Positions 36,701-47,500 of a stretch of DNA of 64,000 nucleotides are shown here, in pieces; position 1 is the stretch's first letter, and each line of letters starts with the position of its first letter. The position numbers and the translations under genes are program-made. The notes under the pieces are model-generated. The model was not told the origin of the DNA. It worked only from the letters and a program-made list of their open reading frames with translations, and searched no databases. Source of the stretch: Podarcis pityusensis. Lineage: Eukaryota. The DNA lies in the NCBI GenBank assembly GCA_964106645.2, contig OZ067045.1; one strand, 5' to 3'.

Positions 36701-39016
36701 GGCTACCGGTGGGCACCTACCAGCCTTTCACCAACCTTCACCCACCTCAGATTCCAGCAACACCTCCAACATATGAGTCTGTAAGTACTGCTGATGAAAA
36801 ACAAAAGCTGAATTGCTGGGAGGGCAAGTCCTCTCTGCTGGGACTGTTGCTGTCCCTAGTCTAGTGCTGGGTATTGGCAGGCCTTCCCACTTGGACTGAC
36901 TGAGGAGTTGCCATCCACTGGATTTGAGCTTGCAGCAAACTTCATGCACCTTTGATATGATTTTGATTTATTGCATTTCTATGTTGGCTTTTCATTCATT
37001 CATTCTATGTTGCTTTTCATCTCAAAGCAGCTTACAAACAATAAATAGCCATAACATAATAAAACATACTAGCATGTCGCAAATACAGCATACATCATAT
37101 AAAATAATTAACAAATTATCAATAAAACATCAATAAAACAGTGGCAATCTATAAAAAACTTAAGAAAACAGCAACTAAAAAATAAGCTAAACCTCACAAT
37201 TACAGCAAGTCATGTGATTAACAAATCAATTCGGCATTTAGAATCTATAAAACAATATTAAAAACATTAACAAAATAGCAATTAAAAATATAAGCTAAGC
37301 ACTAAGTTCATTCACACAGTCTCTGTACCCCCATGACTCATAATCTTTCACTCTGTTCAGTTCATTATAATACACATAAATGCACATAATGCACTGGCTG
37401 GGGTCCTTGAGTAGTGGGCCATGGTGGAGATGATGGGGCTCTTAGGCCTACCGCCAGTGGTAAGGTGGATGTTGCCTGCCTAGGCATTGTTGAGGAGAAA
37501 CTTGCCCAGGTCACTTTCAATAATCAGGAGTCCCATTCCCACTTAAGGAAGTCCAAGACAAGCCTGTCCCTCTGGAGCAGTGAGTGGAAACTACACTTGG
37601 TATAGAGGCCAACCAGGAGGTCCAGCAGTGGCCCTGCAGCCTGTCCACCAGGAGCTGTTCCAGCTTCTTCAGCCGCACCTTGGTTGACGATGTGGTGGTG
37701 GAAGAGGCAGCCACTGAGGGGAGCGAGCAGAGCAGCTACTTGAGTCTACCACGCAGGAGGGAGGGGCTGAGATAATGATACCAAGAGAGCCCCAGCATGA
37801 TCTCAGCAGCCTGGATGAGCTTGCAGGCAGTGACTCAGAGGTCACCTTGGTTTCAGAGTCCAGGCTGCTGCCCATGGAAGGCATGAGCTGACGTTGGCTG
37901 GCAGGGGTGGAGGATGAGATGTGGGGTGGGTTGAGCAGCTACAGAGTGTGGAAATGGGGATGTGTCCACCTTCATGCCCTTGTGCTTGTTCAGCTGCTGC
38001 TCTCCAGACTTCTGTGGTTGCTGGTGGTTCATGTCAGGTTGAAGGTGAGACTGCCAGCGATGGTGAAGAGCTACAGGCCATCCTTGGGGGACATAGCCAG
38101 GGCCACTTTCTAGTCAGGTAGTCAGCCATGCTGAACGGCTCTCCCTCACCTATGGCACCACCAGGCCAGGCTCACCACCACTGCTTCCTCCTCCTCCAGA
38201 TCCCTCATTTCATCCTTCCTTCTGCTGTCTGGCAAGGCTGCATAAAGAAGATGGGAACATCAGATATGGTGCTTCTGCTGTGCATGTAGGCCTCTGGGGA
38301 GTTGTCAGGTGGTGGTTCTGTGTGGGGTGCTCCATGCAAAGCCAGCTTTTTTCTGTTTCAGATTGATGACATGGGTGCTGACAAGGAATTGCCACCCCCA
38401 CAGGTGACCGGTGAGTGCAGGGCCGGAGGGGAAGGCTGTGGAGCTGGCAAGGCAGTGAGGAGGGAGGGAGGTGGTGATGTCAGGGGAAAGCTGGTGCTTG
38501 TGTTTATTGTTGGTCCCCTTCACTCTTGTGTTCGCTCTTGAGTTGCTGAGGTAAGCATGTGCCCATGTGTGTCTGTGTTGGGGCAGAGACTGGGACTCTT
38601 CATGGCAGAGAGCTTGGGCCCCTTTAGCAACTGGTAGGAGCTGCAAGGCTCAACTGAAGTGCAGCAAGTGCTCACTTCTGCAGGACATATACTAACTGTA
38701 GTACAGCAAAAAGAAGAATGGTCCTACCCCTGCCCCTACTACTGTTGGGTAGACTACTGTTTTCGCTGCCTTGAGCCTGCCTACTGCTTGTAACCAGTCA
38801 CTCTTGTCTGCTGCAGGACCAGCCCCAAAGCCACAGCCGAGGGGGAGGCCACCAGCTGCAGTTCCTAGTTCGGGTGATAATTTTGTGCTGCCAGAGTTGC
38901 CATCTGTGCCAGACACGCTGCCTGCCGCTTCTGCTGGTGCCAACACTTCCGCCTCAGAAGACATTGACTTCGATGACCTCTCTCGAAGGTTTGAGGAACT
39001 GAAGAAGAAAACTTAA
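33794..39016 (+). CDS. IST1: IST1 factor associated with ESCRT-III (364 aa)
   Basis: Runs from MLGSGFKAERLRVNLRLVINRLKLLEKKK to DIDFDDLSRRFEELKKKT. Exons 33794-33881, 34861-35041, 35183-35270, 35540-35623, 36056-36166, 36255-36455, 36688-36780, 38362-38410, 38817-39016; total 1095 nt, in frame. Confidence 0.97.
34444..34728. mobile_element. pogo/Tigger-type non-autonomous DNA transposon
   Basis: TA-CCATATTTTTC...GAAAGATACGG-TA termini; CpG-rich, young-looking interior. Confidence 0.75.
37538..37691 (-). pseudogene. CDC42BPB: Captured CDC42BPB (MRCK-beta)-like exon 1 fragment; probable 5'UTR at 37692-37780
   Basis: Reads STKVRLKKLEQLLVD, then after a deletion/frameshift LLDLLVGLYTKCSFHSLLQRDRLVLDFLKW+G. 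MRCK-beta is MSAKVRLKKLEQLLLD...[29 protein letters not shown]+G. Confidence 0.87.
37781..37890 (-). pseudogene. CCNL2: Captured cyclin L (CCNL2-like) exon 1 3' fragment
   Basis: With one frameshift reads (T)PSMGSSLDSETK.DL*VTACKLIQAAEIMLGLSW, versus CCNL2 [35 protein letters not shown]. CGA>TGA and CGAG>CAAG are CpG-decay changes. Confidence 0.82.
37963..38038 (-). pseudogene. USP7: Captured USP7 exon 1 fragment
   Basis: cctgacATG, then MNHQQPQKSGEQQLNKHKGMKVD, versus USP7 [26 protein letters not shown]. Differences are mostly G>A transitions. Confidence 0.82.
38039..38129 (-). pseudogene. IMPDH1: Captured IMPDH1-like first coding exon fragment
   Basis: With frameshifts reads MADYLT..SGPGYVP(K)DGL*LFTIAGSLTFN, versus IMPDH1 [33 protein letters not shown]. 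Ends at AA of the Asn codon, the recalled exon end. Confidence 0.82.
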
Positions 39017-39870
39017 AAAGAGCCCCTGAACAGGGGGCCGATGGGCCTGATTGCTGCCTCCTCCTTCCCTCTTAGCACGGCCAAGTGCTCGTTCCTCTTC
39101 CTCCGCTTGGCCTTTCTTCCTTCTGTACTTACACCAAATGCCACTGCTTTTCTGACATTCTGCTCCAGGAGTGGGGGACTGCACAGCCTCTTTGAGATAG
39201 GAGCAGGAACAATCCCTCCGAATGCATTGCTCTGCAGTCTGCAGCCGGGCATTAGAGGGGAAAGGGAGTGATGTAGGTGGCCTCTCATTTGGACAGACAG
39301 TGGTGTAGGGACACCAACCTGAAGATTCTGGGCAACGTAGTTGGACAGAAGCGCGCGCCCCCCCCTCCAGGCATGTGCTGTGGAAGGGGAGCTGCTCTGG
39401 GCCCCTGATAGCTTTGTTTTGCCTGCCGCGTTCTCAGGGAGCCCTCCGGGGCCATTATGACTTTCCTTCGGGGAGGGATGCTGTGGGGCACAGGAGTTGA
39501 CCAGTCTACACTCCTTGTGGCTCAGTGGTCCTCCTGCCTCTGGCTTGCAGAGCAGCAGACACATTTTCCTAGCTTTGAGTGAGCCCAGTTCTGCCTTAAC
39601 GTGGCTCTGCATCAGGCTGGGTTCAGGGCCATTGCTTGACATGTGCCATCACTCCTGGTTCTCTAGCCTCTTCCCTTGCCTATAGGGCAAAGCCATGGGT
39701 GGTGGTGGTGACAGCAGCAGCAACACATCCAGCAACTTCTGCTGCTCTTACAGACCAGCTGCAGTGCCAGCAGCCAACCTCAGCTCTCCCATGTAACACT
39801 CTGTATGTAACTCTTTCATGTGGCTTTTCTGGGACAATTTGATTGGTTTGTATCTTCTCTATTAATTCTA

Positions 39871-39876
39871 AATAAA
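39871..39876 (+). terminator. IST1 polyadenylation signal
   Basis: AATAAA about 855 nt after the stop, preceded by TGTA elements. Confidence 0.65.
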
Positions 39877-41327
39877 GTTGAGGAATAGCCTTGACTGGAT
39901 CTGTCTCAAGTGAAACATAATATTTCCTGGCTTCTGGCAGTGGTGGAGGGGAAGCAAAGGAGGCATGGTATGTTTACAACATGGAGGGGCAGCTGCCACC
40001 AGTTCTTATCATGGCCGTTCCTTCAGACTGACAGTCACACTTCCAGTCAAACAAGGAGTACTATTTATTGAGGGAAGGGGAAATATTGGCAAAAAGGAGC
40101 ATGCAAATGTGTTGCCTTTACTTTGGCTTCGCAGTTATATTTTGGAACAAGTCCTATCAGTTTGGATCGCACACCTGAGGATCTGCAGTGCAGCCCACAA
40201 CCACCGCCCACAGGTGAATTTTATGAGGCTCCCTTTAGACTTGCTTCCCACAAGACATTGTGGTTGGTGGCAGCAGGGGCAGCTTCAGAAGAGCGGGCCA
40301 CCTGTCCTGCAGGGCACGGGGAAGTGCCTGGGTTCTGAAGCAGCTGTCCTTCTCTGCAGTGATGTGATAGAACTGTCAAGCTATCATTCTTGAGAAATTA
40401 GCCCTTGTAGGATTTATGCTGACCTTTACAGGTTGGAGCAGGGGGATGAGTGCTTTCTGCTTGGGCAGAAGGGTCCCCTCTGGATTAAGGTAAGGGCTGC
40501 TTAAGGATCCTTGCATCTTGGAGGTTGGCTGCCTTTAAGGAAAGGCAGGATTGGATTCCTTTCATGGATTTGATCTCTCGCATTGGGCAAACTGAGCTCT
40601 CTGGGTGGGGAGGGGCAATAGTCACTCTTCTTCCCCACCCACCCTTCTATCTCCTCCCTCTGGTTCACCTTGAAACAGTGTATCCTTTGTGCATCTCAAC
40701 AGACCCACCTTTGTCATATGAGTTCTTCAAATCTGTGGCTGGGTAGAGGAGTATAATCTACAATTCCCTGTTTGTCTCCTCAGGGGTTAAGCCCTGCAAT
40801 AGGTAAAGAGTTCCTCAGCGACATGAAAAATAAATTGATTTGTAAGGCTTAATTGATGTGCACCACTATTTGGGATTGGCTATAAATAAGAACAGCCCTC
40901 CTTTGCTCTGCCTCTTTGGGCAGAGAAGAAACTGGCTCCTGCTGTTTAGGGACTTGACCGGCCTTTGGGCTGGAAGCCAGTAAGATCGGTTTTGCTCTTC
41001 AACCTGCAGGGCTGCAGCAGGGGATTTCTGGGCAGTCAGATTTGTTCTGCCTTGGTTAGTCCCAACAACTCAAAGGTGTGTCAAGGATAAAGGAAGTAGG
41101 ATGTAGCATGAGGTAATGTTGAGTCAAGATCACATGGTAAATTAGCTGAAGAGCGGGAGGGGCAGCTTAAAAGTGGGAGAAAAGCCCTATAGATTTTCTT
41201 GCCAGCCCAGCTGACCTCTGATATTCTTAAAGATAGCATGTACGTTAGTGATACTTGGAAAATGGTGACCCTTCCCATTTTAGAATAGAAAAGAGCTGTC
41301 CAAATGGGGAGGTGGGATGATGCCACT

Positions 41328-41456
41328 TCAGTCCTGTGGCTCCTTTCGGGAAGCTGCTGGGATGCGCGGCTGTTTCTTGATTCCAAACAAGGTGGAAATC
41401 TTCAGTTGAATCAGCTGCAACATGGATTCCTCCTTGCTGGCCTGTTGTGATGAACC

Positions 41457-41500
<44 letters not shown>

Positions 41501-44500
41501 TTATATGTGAACTCGGATCCTGAGGGGTGGCTGCGGCACAAGCAGCTTCTCATGAAGGCTTAATTGCTTGAAGCTTGGCTGGTGGCTGGTGATGAGCAGC
41601 ACCAGCCGCTTGGGCTTACACCTACCTTGGCAGCCTTCATCTCCCGACTGAAGGTCGTCAAAAGGGCAGAGACAAACAGGTTGATGATCACAAACACCAT
41701 GGAGATGACGCTGGTTACAATCAGCACAGCGCCAAACACGGGGTCCACAGCAATGACCTAAGCATGAAGAGCACAGTTATGTCCCCTGTGTCTACATATG
41801 CACATAGCAGAGAGCTGTTGGCCGTGCTGTGCTTTGCAGGGCACAGGGAAGCATGGCATTCTAGACCCAGAAAGCTGAAATCCATGCAGGTCTCTCTGGG
41901 TGCTGAGCTGGGAGCTGAATGGGGCTGGGGGTCTGCTGCGATCTGTGGTGTCCTGGAAGGGCAGCCTGGCAGTGTGCCTCGGCCTAAAGTGGGGCTGCAT
42001 GGCACTCACCTCTTCATAATTAAAGATTCCAATGAGAAGCCCTACGATGGTCACAGCTGAGTTAAAGAAGGTTTTGTAGTCATCTACGCTCCATCCAAAC
42101 ATGAGGTTGCACTGATGGCAAGAGAGTGAAGGTGATGTAGGGGGAGGGGTATAAGGACACAGGAAGGGGGGGCTCTTCCCTCCGCCCTTGGTTGGTTTCC
42201 CTGCAGTTGGCAGGTCTCTTCTTACCACAATGGCGTAACCCACAAGTAGCACCAGAAGTGTGAGCAGGAAGCCCAGGACCTCATCCCAGGCTTTCTGCAG
42301 TGTCTGTGTGATGAGGTGCATTCTGGGATTTAGGCGCAGGAGGTTCCACAGCTTGATGGTTGTCAAGGCCACCAGAAAAGCAATGAGGTATGTCAGAGCA
42401 GAGTCAACTTCCACCATCTCATAGAAGCTGATGAACCTGGCAGGGGTGTGGAGGGAGATTTGCTTTAGGGTGTGTGAAAGCCGCCTCTACTGAGTGGGGG
42501 CCTGCCCCTGCCCCTTGTTTCAGATGGTAGACACTCACTTGTTGCGGTCTTGGCGATGCTGCTTCAGGATGCCTTTTGCCAGCACGCGCCTCTTCACATA
42601 AAGGCCAATAGCTGCCACACTTATGAGGATGGTGCTGGCATCCAGCAGGTTTCTCTTGCTGCTGAAGTACTTCCACTTCTGCTGCTTCAACTGCCGGCCC
42701 TGCTGGCCCCATGGAAGAAGCAGGCTTGACTCGGGCAGCCGCATGTTGGGGGGGGAATGCAAGTGGAAGGAGCATTGGTGGTGTGATGCTCTTTCTCTGG
42801 CAATACAACAACCTCCACACACCACCACCCTCTAAAACAGCCTTTCTCAACCTTGGGTCCCCAGATGCTTTTGGCCTACAACTCCCATCGTTCCTAGCTA
42901 GCAAGGCCAGAGCTCAGGGATGATGGGAGTTATAGTCCAACAACATCTGGGGACCCAAGGTTGACACTGCCCTAAAACAAGGGTGGGATGACACTCCTGC
43001 GGCACTCCAGGTGTTGCTGGAATCCAAATGCCCAACTGCTCTAGGCAGCCAATGGCAATGGTCAGGAATGATGGGAGCCTAGCAGCACCCAGAGGGCCCA
43101 CCGCAGGTTCTACATCTCAGCTCCCCTGAGCTGGTACTGGCTGATACCTCCCACTAACCCTAGGCACCTTGAGAGTGCTGTCTAAAGCTGATGGAAGTTG
43201 TAGTCCAGCAATATCCAGAGGGTGCTAGGCTAAGGAAACTAAGCTGCCTCACAGAGGCCCCACTCACCTGCACAAAGATGTAGTATAGTATGAGCAGGAG
43301 AAAGGTGATCTGGGCACAGATAAATTGGAGGACGAGCTGGAGATCTGGATTGAGGCGGAGAATTTGCAACTCCGATTTGCTGAACAAGGTCCCTGCCACA
43401 GAAACAGGCACAGGGTCAAGCACGGAGGCTGCAAGCAAGGCTGGCTCCCAGGGAGAGGGAACGCCTTTTCTCCTTCTCCCTCCCCAACAGCCCCAGGACA
43501 GCCATCCTGCCGCTGAGGCCCATTGCAGGGCTAGGCCCCCTTTGTCTCTACTACACGCTCTTGCCTATCCCATTGGCCTCCAAGATCAGTGTGACTGCGC
43601 AGAAGAGGTTGACATTTGCATTGTAGACAACAAACTCAATGAAGACGACTCGTGTGCTTCTGTCCAGCCAGTTGTTCCGTTCCAGATAGCGAAGGGTTCT
43701 GGTGGGGAATGGTGCAGAAAAAAGTTGTATTGTGTGTCCACCTTGCAGTGGGAGAGAATTCTAAGGGCTGTGCCTAAATCTACTGGCGGCAGGGGAAGAG
43801 AAACACAACTCTAGTTTACTATTGCATGCCCTGCCCAGTTGATCAGTTCTCCCTCAAGTACCACCTGCCAGACTCCAGCTAGCAATGCCATATTCACTAC
43901 TGTTAGCCAGGATTGTGGGTCTTTAGCTTTAACCTGCCTCTCCCACAGCTTCACCAGATCAGGAGATAGTGGGCAGAGACTGAGATACACCTGCCCAGAA
44001 AGAGCCCCTGGATCTTTCGGGACCTGATGCCTGTTTTGCAGCTCCCTCAGTCCACATACCTCTTGGCGTAGCTTTTGTTTCTGCCAAGGTTTGCCAGGTA
44101 GCCGCTTCCCGGATAGAGAGCAAACTTCCCCCAGATGGGGTACTCTTGCAGCGTGCTCTCATTCTGGAAGACCCAGGCACTCGCCTGACCTCTCCCACCT
44201 GCAGCAGGAGGCCCCCAGCTGGCCGTGGGACCCTGCTTTCCCTCTTGGAGTGAGAGAAAAGCTGGCCCTGGCTTTGCCGGGGCTCCTGTGGCTCGGACCT
44301 GCCGTAGCCGCACGCTGCCCACAAGGAAAGAGTTTCCATCCATGGCCAAACCTGGGAGATCGAGAGAGGGGAGAAATGTGCTGCTTAGAAGCAAAACACA
44401 CAGATGCACACCTGTTTGTACAGATGTGAAAAGTTGTGTAAATTTCAGGTTTCTGCTTTGGCAACACTGAAAAAGCCTAAAGAGGCCATGTTTTTATAAT

Positions 44501-47500
44501 TTATACAGTGTGTGCCGCTGGGGCCACTGCCCGACACACTTTCCCTCTCTTGAGGCTTCTGCCTTGAGCCTTCCCCACAATACCTCCCATTGCAGTGAGT
44601 GAGCAGCAAAAAGAGACTTCCAGGCAGCGGCCCTGAGCAAGGGAAGGCACACTGTTTCAATTTATTCAGTCATTCATTTTGTGGTGACCCGCATAAAAGT
44701 CACACACAAGTAGAATGCCCATAAGCAGAGGGCTGCCTGTATACAGAAGGATGTCTCTTTTATCTCTGTTCCTTGTGCTGCTCACCTTCAGAATTGCCAT
44801 GGAGGCCAGGCAGCAAAATCACCCTGATCCACCCGTACAACTCCTCTGGGGTAAGGATGTCTTCCAGGTGGGATGTGAAGGTCCTCTGGAGGGCGTTGTT
44901 AAAGTAGAACTCATTGGGGCTTCTCTCGGTATAGCTGAGGACCATCAGCACAGCCAGGAACACAAGCTGCACTGGGTGTCAGAAAAGGGAAGTGGATCGA
45001 AACAGTTTGTCCTGTTGGATTTTGCATGCCTACAGCCAGACGACGTGGGCAGAACAACCTCACAGGCCAAATTATAATCCCATCCAGATCTAAGCAACCC
45101 ACCCGCTTGCAGGTATGATTGGGCATAGCTAGCTGCTCCTGCACCCGGAGCAGCGGGAGCGGGGGGCACCGCCCATGGGGGCGCCGTGGTGATCCGCCTG
45201 AGGGGTGGCGTGGTGATCTGCCCATGGAGTCCGTTTTGGGCAGCTCAGGGCCCTGAGCCACTGCATCACTCCCAGGAGAGACGCATGGCTTGGGCGCGCT
45301 GCAGGCCAGGCCCCACGGTAAGTGCCACCCTCCCGCGGTGTGCCATTTTGTCACCCCTTCAGGAATGACACGGGGCAGAACGCACACACACACCCCGCAC
45401 ACACACCCCTTTCTACGCCCTTGGGTATGATGTTCCCTGCTGGTGGTTTAAATTTTGCAAATTACATCTGAAGATTTGTCCTGAGCAGATTCTGCACCCA
45501 CTGAGTTATGTATGGTTTATAGCAGTGGTTCCCAATTAGCTAATTACAGTGGTATCTCGGGTTAAGAACTTAATTCGTTCCAGAGGTCCGTTCTTAGCCT
45601 GAAACTGTTCTTAACCTGAGGTACCACTTTAGCTAATGGAGCCTCCCACTGCCGCTGCGTGATTTCTGTTCTCATCCTGAAGCAAAGTTCTTAACCTGAG
45701 GTACTATTTATGGGTTAGTGGATTCTGTAACCTGAAGCGTCTGTAACCTGAAGCATCTGTAACCCGAGGTAACACTGTACTGAGGACCCCCTATTTTTCA
45801 AAAGCCAAGCCATGGACCCCCTACGTTTGAAAATTTTTCTAACTCTATGGTAGTTATCTGTGCAAAGCAATTTTTTGCTGTAAAACAAGAAAATCCTTAA
45901 TATATATATATATTTTTTTAATGTAAGGTAAGCCCAATGTTCTGACATGGTATGTGGCAGTTTCTTCCTGTGTTCCTAGAGGCGACTGCCGCTCCCACCA
46001 TTCTGACCTTGGCCTTGGTATCATTCTCTGTCTTGCTTGCTTCCTTAACCACTGATGCTTAGGAGTGTGAATGCTGAGCATATTTCACCCCTGCTTGGTG
46101 TGGGGAGGGAGCAGGAAGTGTTGCACAACCCATCCACGCCCTTACTGGCCTTCGTGCCTGGTCTCACCTGCAATCTCTCTGATCAAGGAGTACAACTTCT
46201 TGTCTTTCAAGGCCCGTTCCTTTGGCCGCACCATTGGCTGGAGGGCAGGGGGTCTGTAAGCTGGGTCTGCCCAGTCTCTCTGCCCATAAGCTTCCAGTTG
46301 TAGGCCCCTTGCTAGAGGGAGAGGAAAGCTGGAGTCAGTCCCAAGCAAGAGGAAAAAGGCCCTCTTTTGTCAGAGGCCACTCAGGCAGATGCCCTATCAA
46401 GCACTGCAGATGGAGGCGCAGGGAGGGCGGTTTGGAGAGCTTGAATTACCTGTGACAAGGCCCAGGGCCCACCAGAGCTGCTGCTCCTGTCCCTTGTCCT
46501 TCCACAACTCCCTCTTGTGCAGCAGTGAGAAGAGGAAGGTCAGAGCCAACACCTGGGAAGGAGAGAGAACAGGGTTGCCATTGGGGAGCCCCACAGGGCA
46601 GGTGTCTGGGGCCCCTCTTAGCAGAATATGCAGGAGGGGCCCCACCACAAATGGAATGGTTAGTAACATTACACCCATTACCAGTGCGGATTGGGGGAGA
46701 GATGGACAAGCATTAAACCCAGAGTCTGGACTTATGTGGGGTCTGAGGATCCTTGCAGAGCTCTGACCCTGCAGTGTTGCTGCAGAATCACAGAACACCA
46801 AAGACACTTGTAGAGGCAGGGAGAAGAGGGGAGATTCTGGGTCTGGCAAGGGTGTGGGGAGAGGTTAGCTGCACTCCAGATAAAACCAGGTTACCTTCAG
46901 GGGCTGCATTACAAAGATGTTCTGTAGCACTGAGAGCAGGATGTTGACGGCCCAGTGCCCAGCCTCGTCCCTGCTCATTTCTAGGCTGTAGAGCACTGTG
47001 AAGAAGGCCGAAATCAGGCTGATGCTCCCCACTGTGAGCCAGCAGGCAAAGCTGAATCTCCCGGGGAGACAGTGGGAGAACGGCGGCCTCTCCTTGTCAG
47101 GGTCTTCAAGTGGGAAACTGCTGAGCTCGCTCCTGGGCCCGGTGGGCCTGAGACACAGAGACAGGAGAATAAATGGCACCTCAGCCTTTGGGAATACCGG
47201 TGGAGGGAGGGAACTGTGCAGTGGGGAGGGCAAATGTCCCACAGACCAAGCAGAAAAAGCAATAGGCAGTTAAGAAAAAGACCATTATTGGGTGGGCTGG
47301 GAAAACTGGCTGGCTTTGGGTCTGAGTGTGACACGGGACCAGACACAGAGTCTTCTGAAGATGAACCAGATACCCTATAGATCCAGGGGCCCTCCAGGTT
47401 AGTACCTGATGAAAAACTCCTGGAACTGTCAGAACAGGGGGTGGAACAGCTCCCCCTGCCAGTCTCTGGGATCAGAGGCAGCAGTCTGCTTGTGAGGAAG

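Larger units (their letters stand above)
36960..38230 (-). mobile_element. Chimeric non-autonomous retroelement carrying concatenated host first-exon fragments and an L2-like 3' tail (boundaries approximate)
   Basis: Minus strand order: GC-rich leader, IMPDH-like, USP7-like, unknown, cyclin-L-like, CDC42BP-like, unknown, T-rich spacer, then TGTAAGCTGCTTTGAGATGAAAAGCAACATAGAATGAATGAATG...AATAAAT tail. No clear target-site duplication seen. Confidence 0.75.

Noticed and set aside
37517-37537. GTPDY peptide just after the CDC42BPB fragment, resembling the MRCK activation-loop motif GTPDYISPE
   Set aside because: Only five residues, followed by a stop, and in a different frame from the preceding homology. 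Treated as coincidence, not evidence of a spliced MRCK retrocopy.
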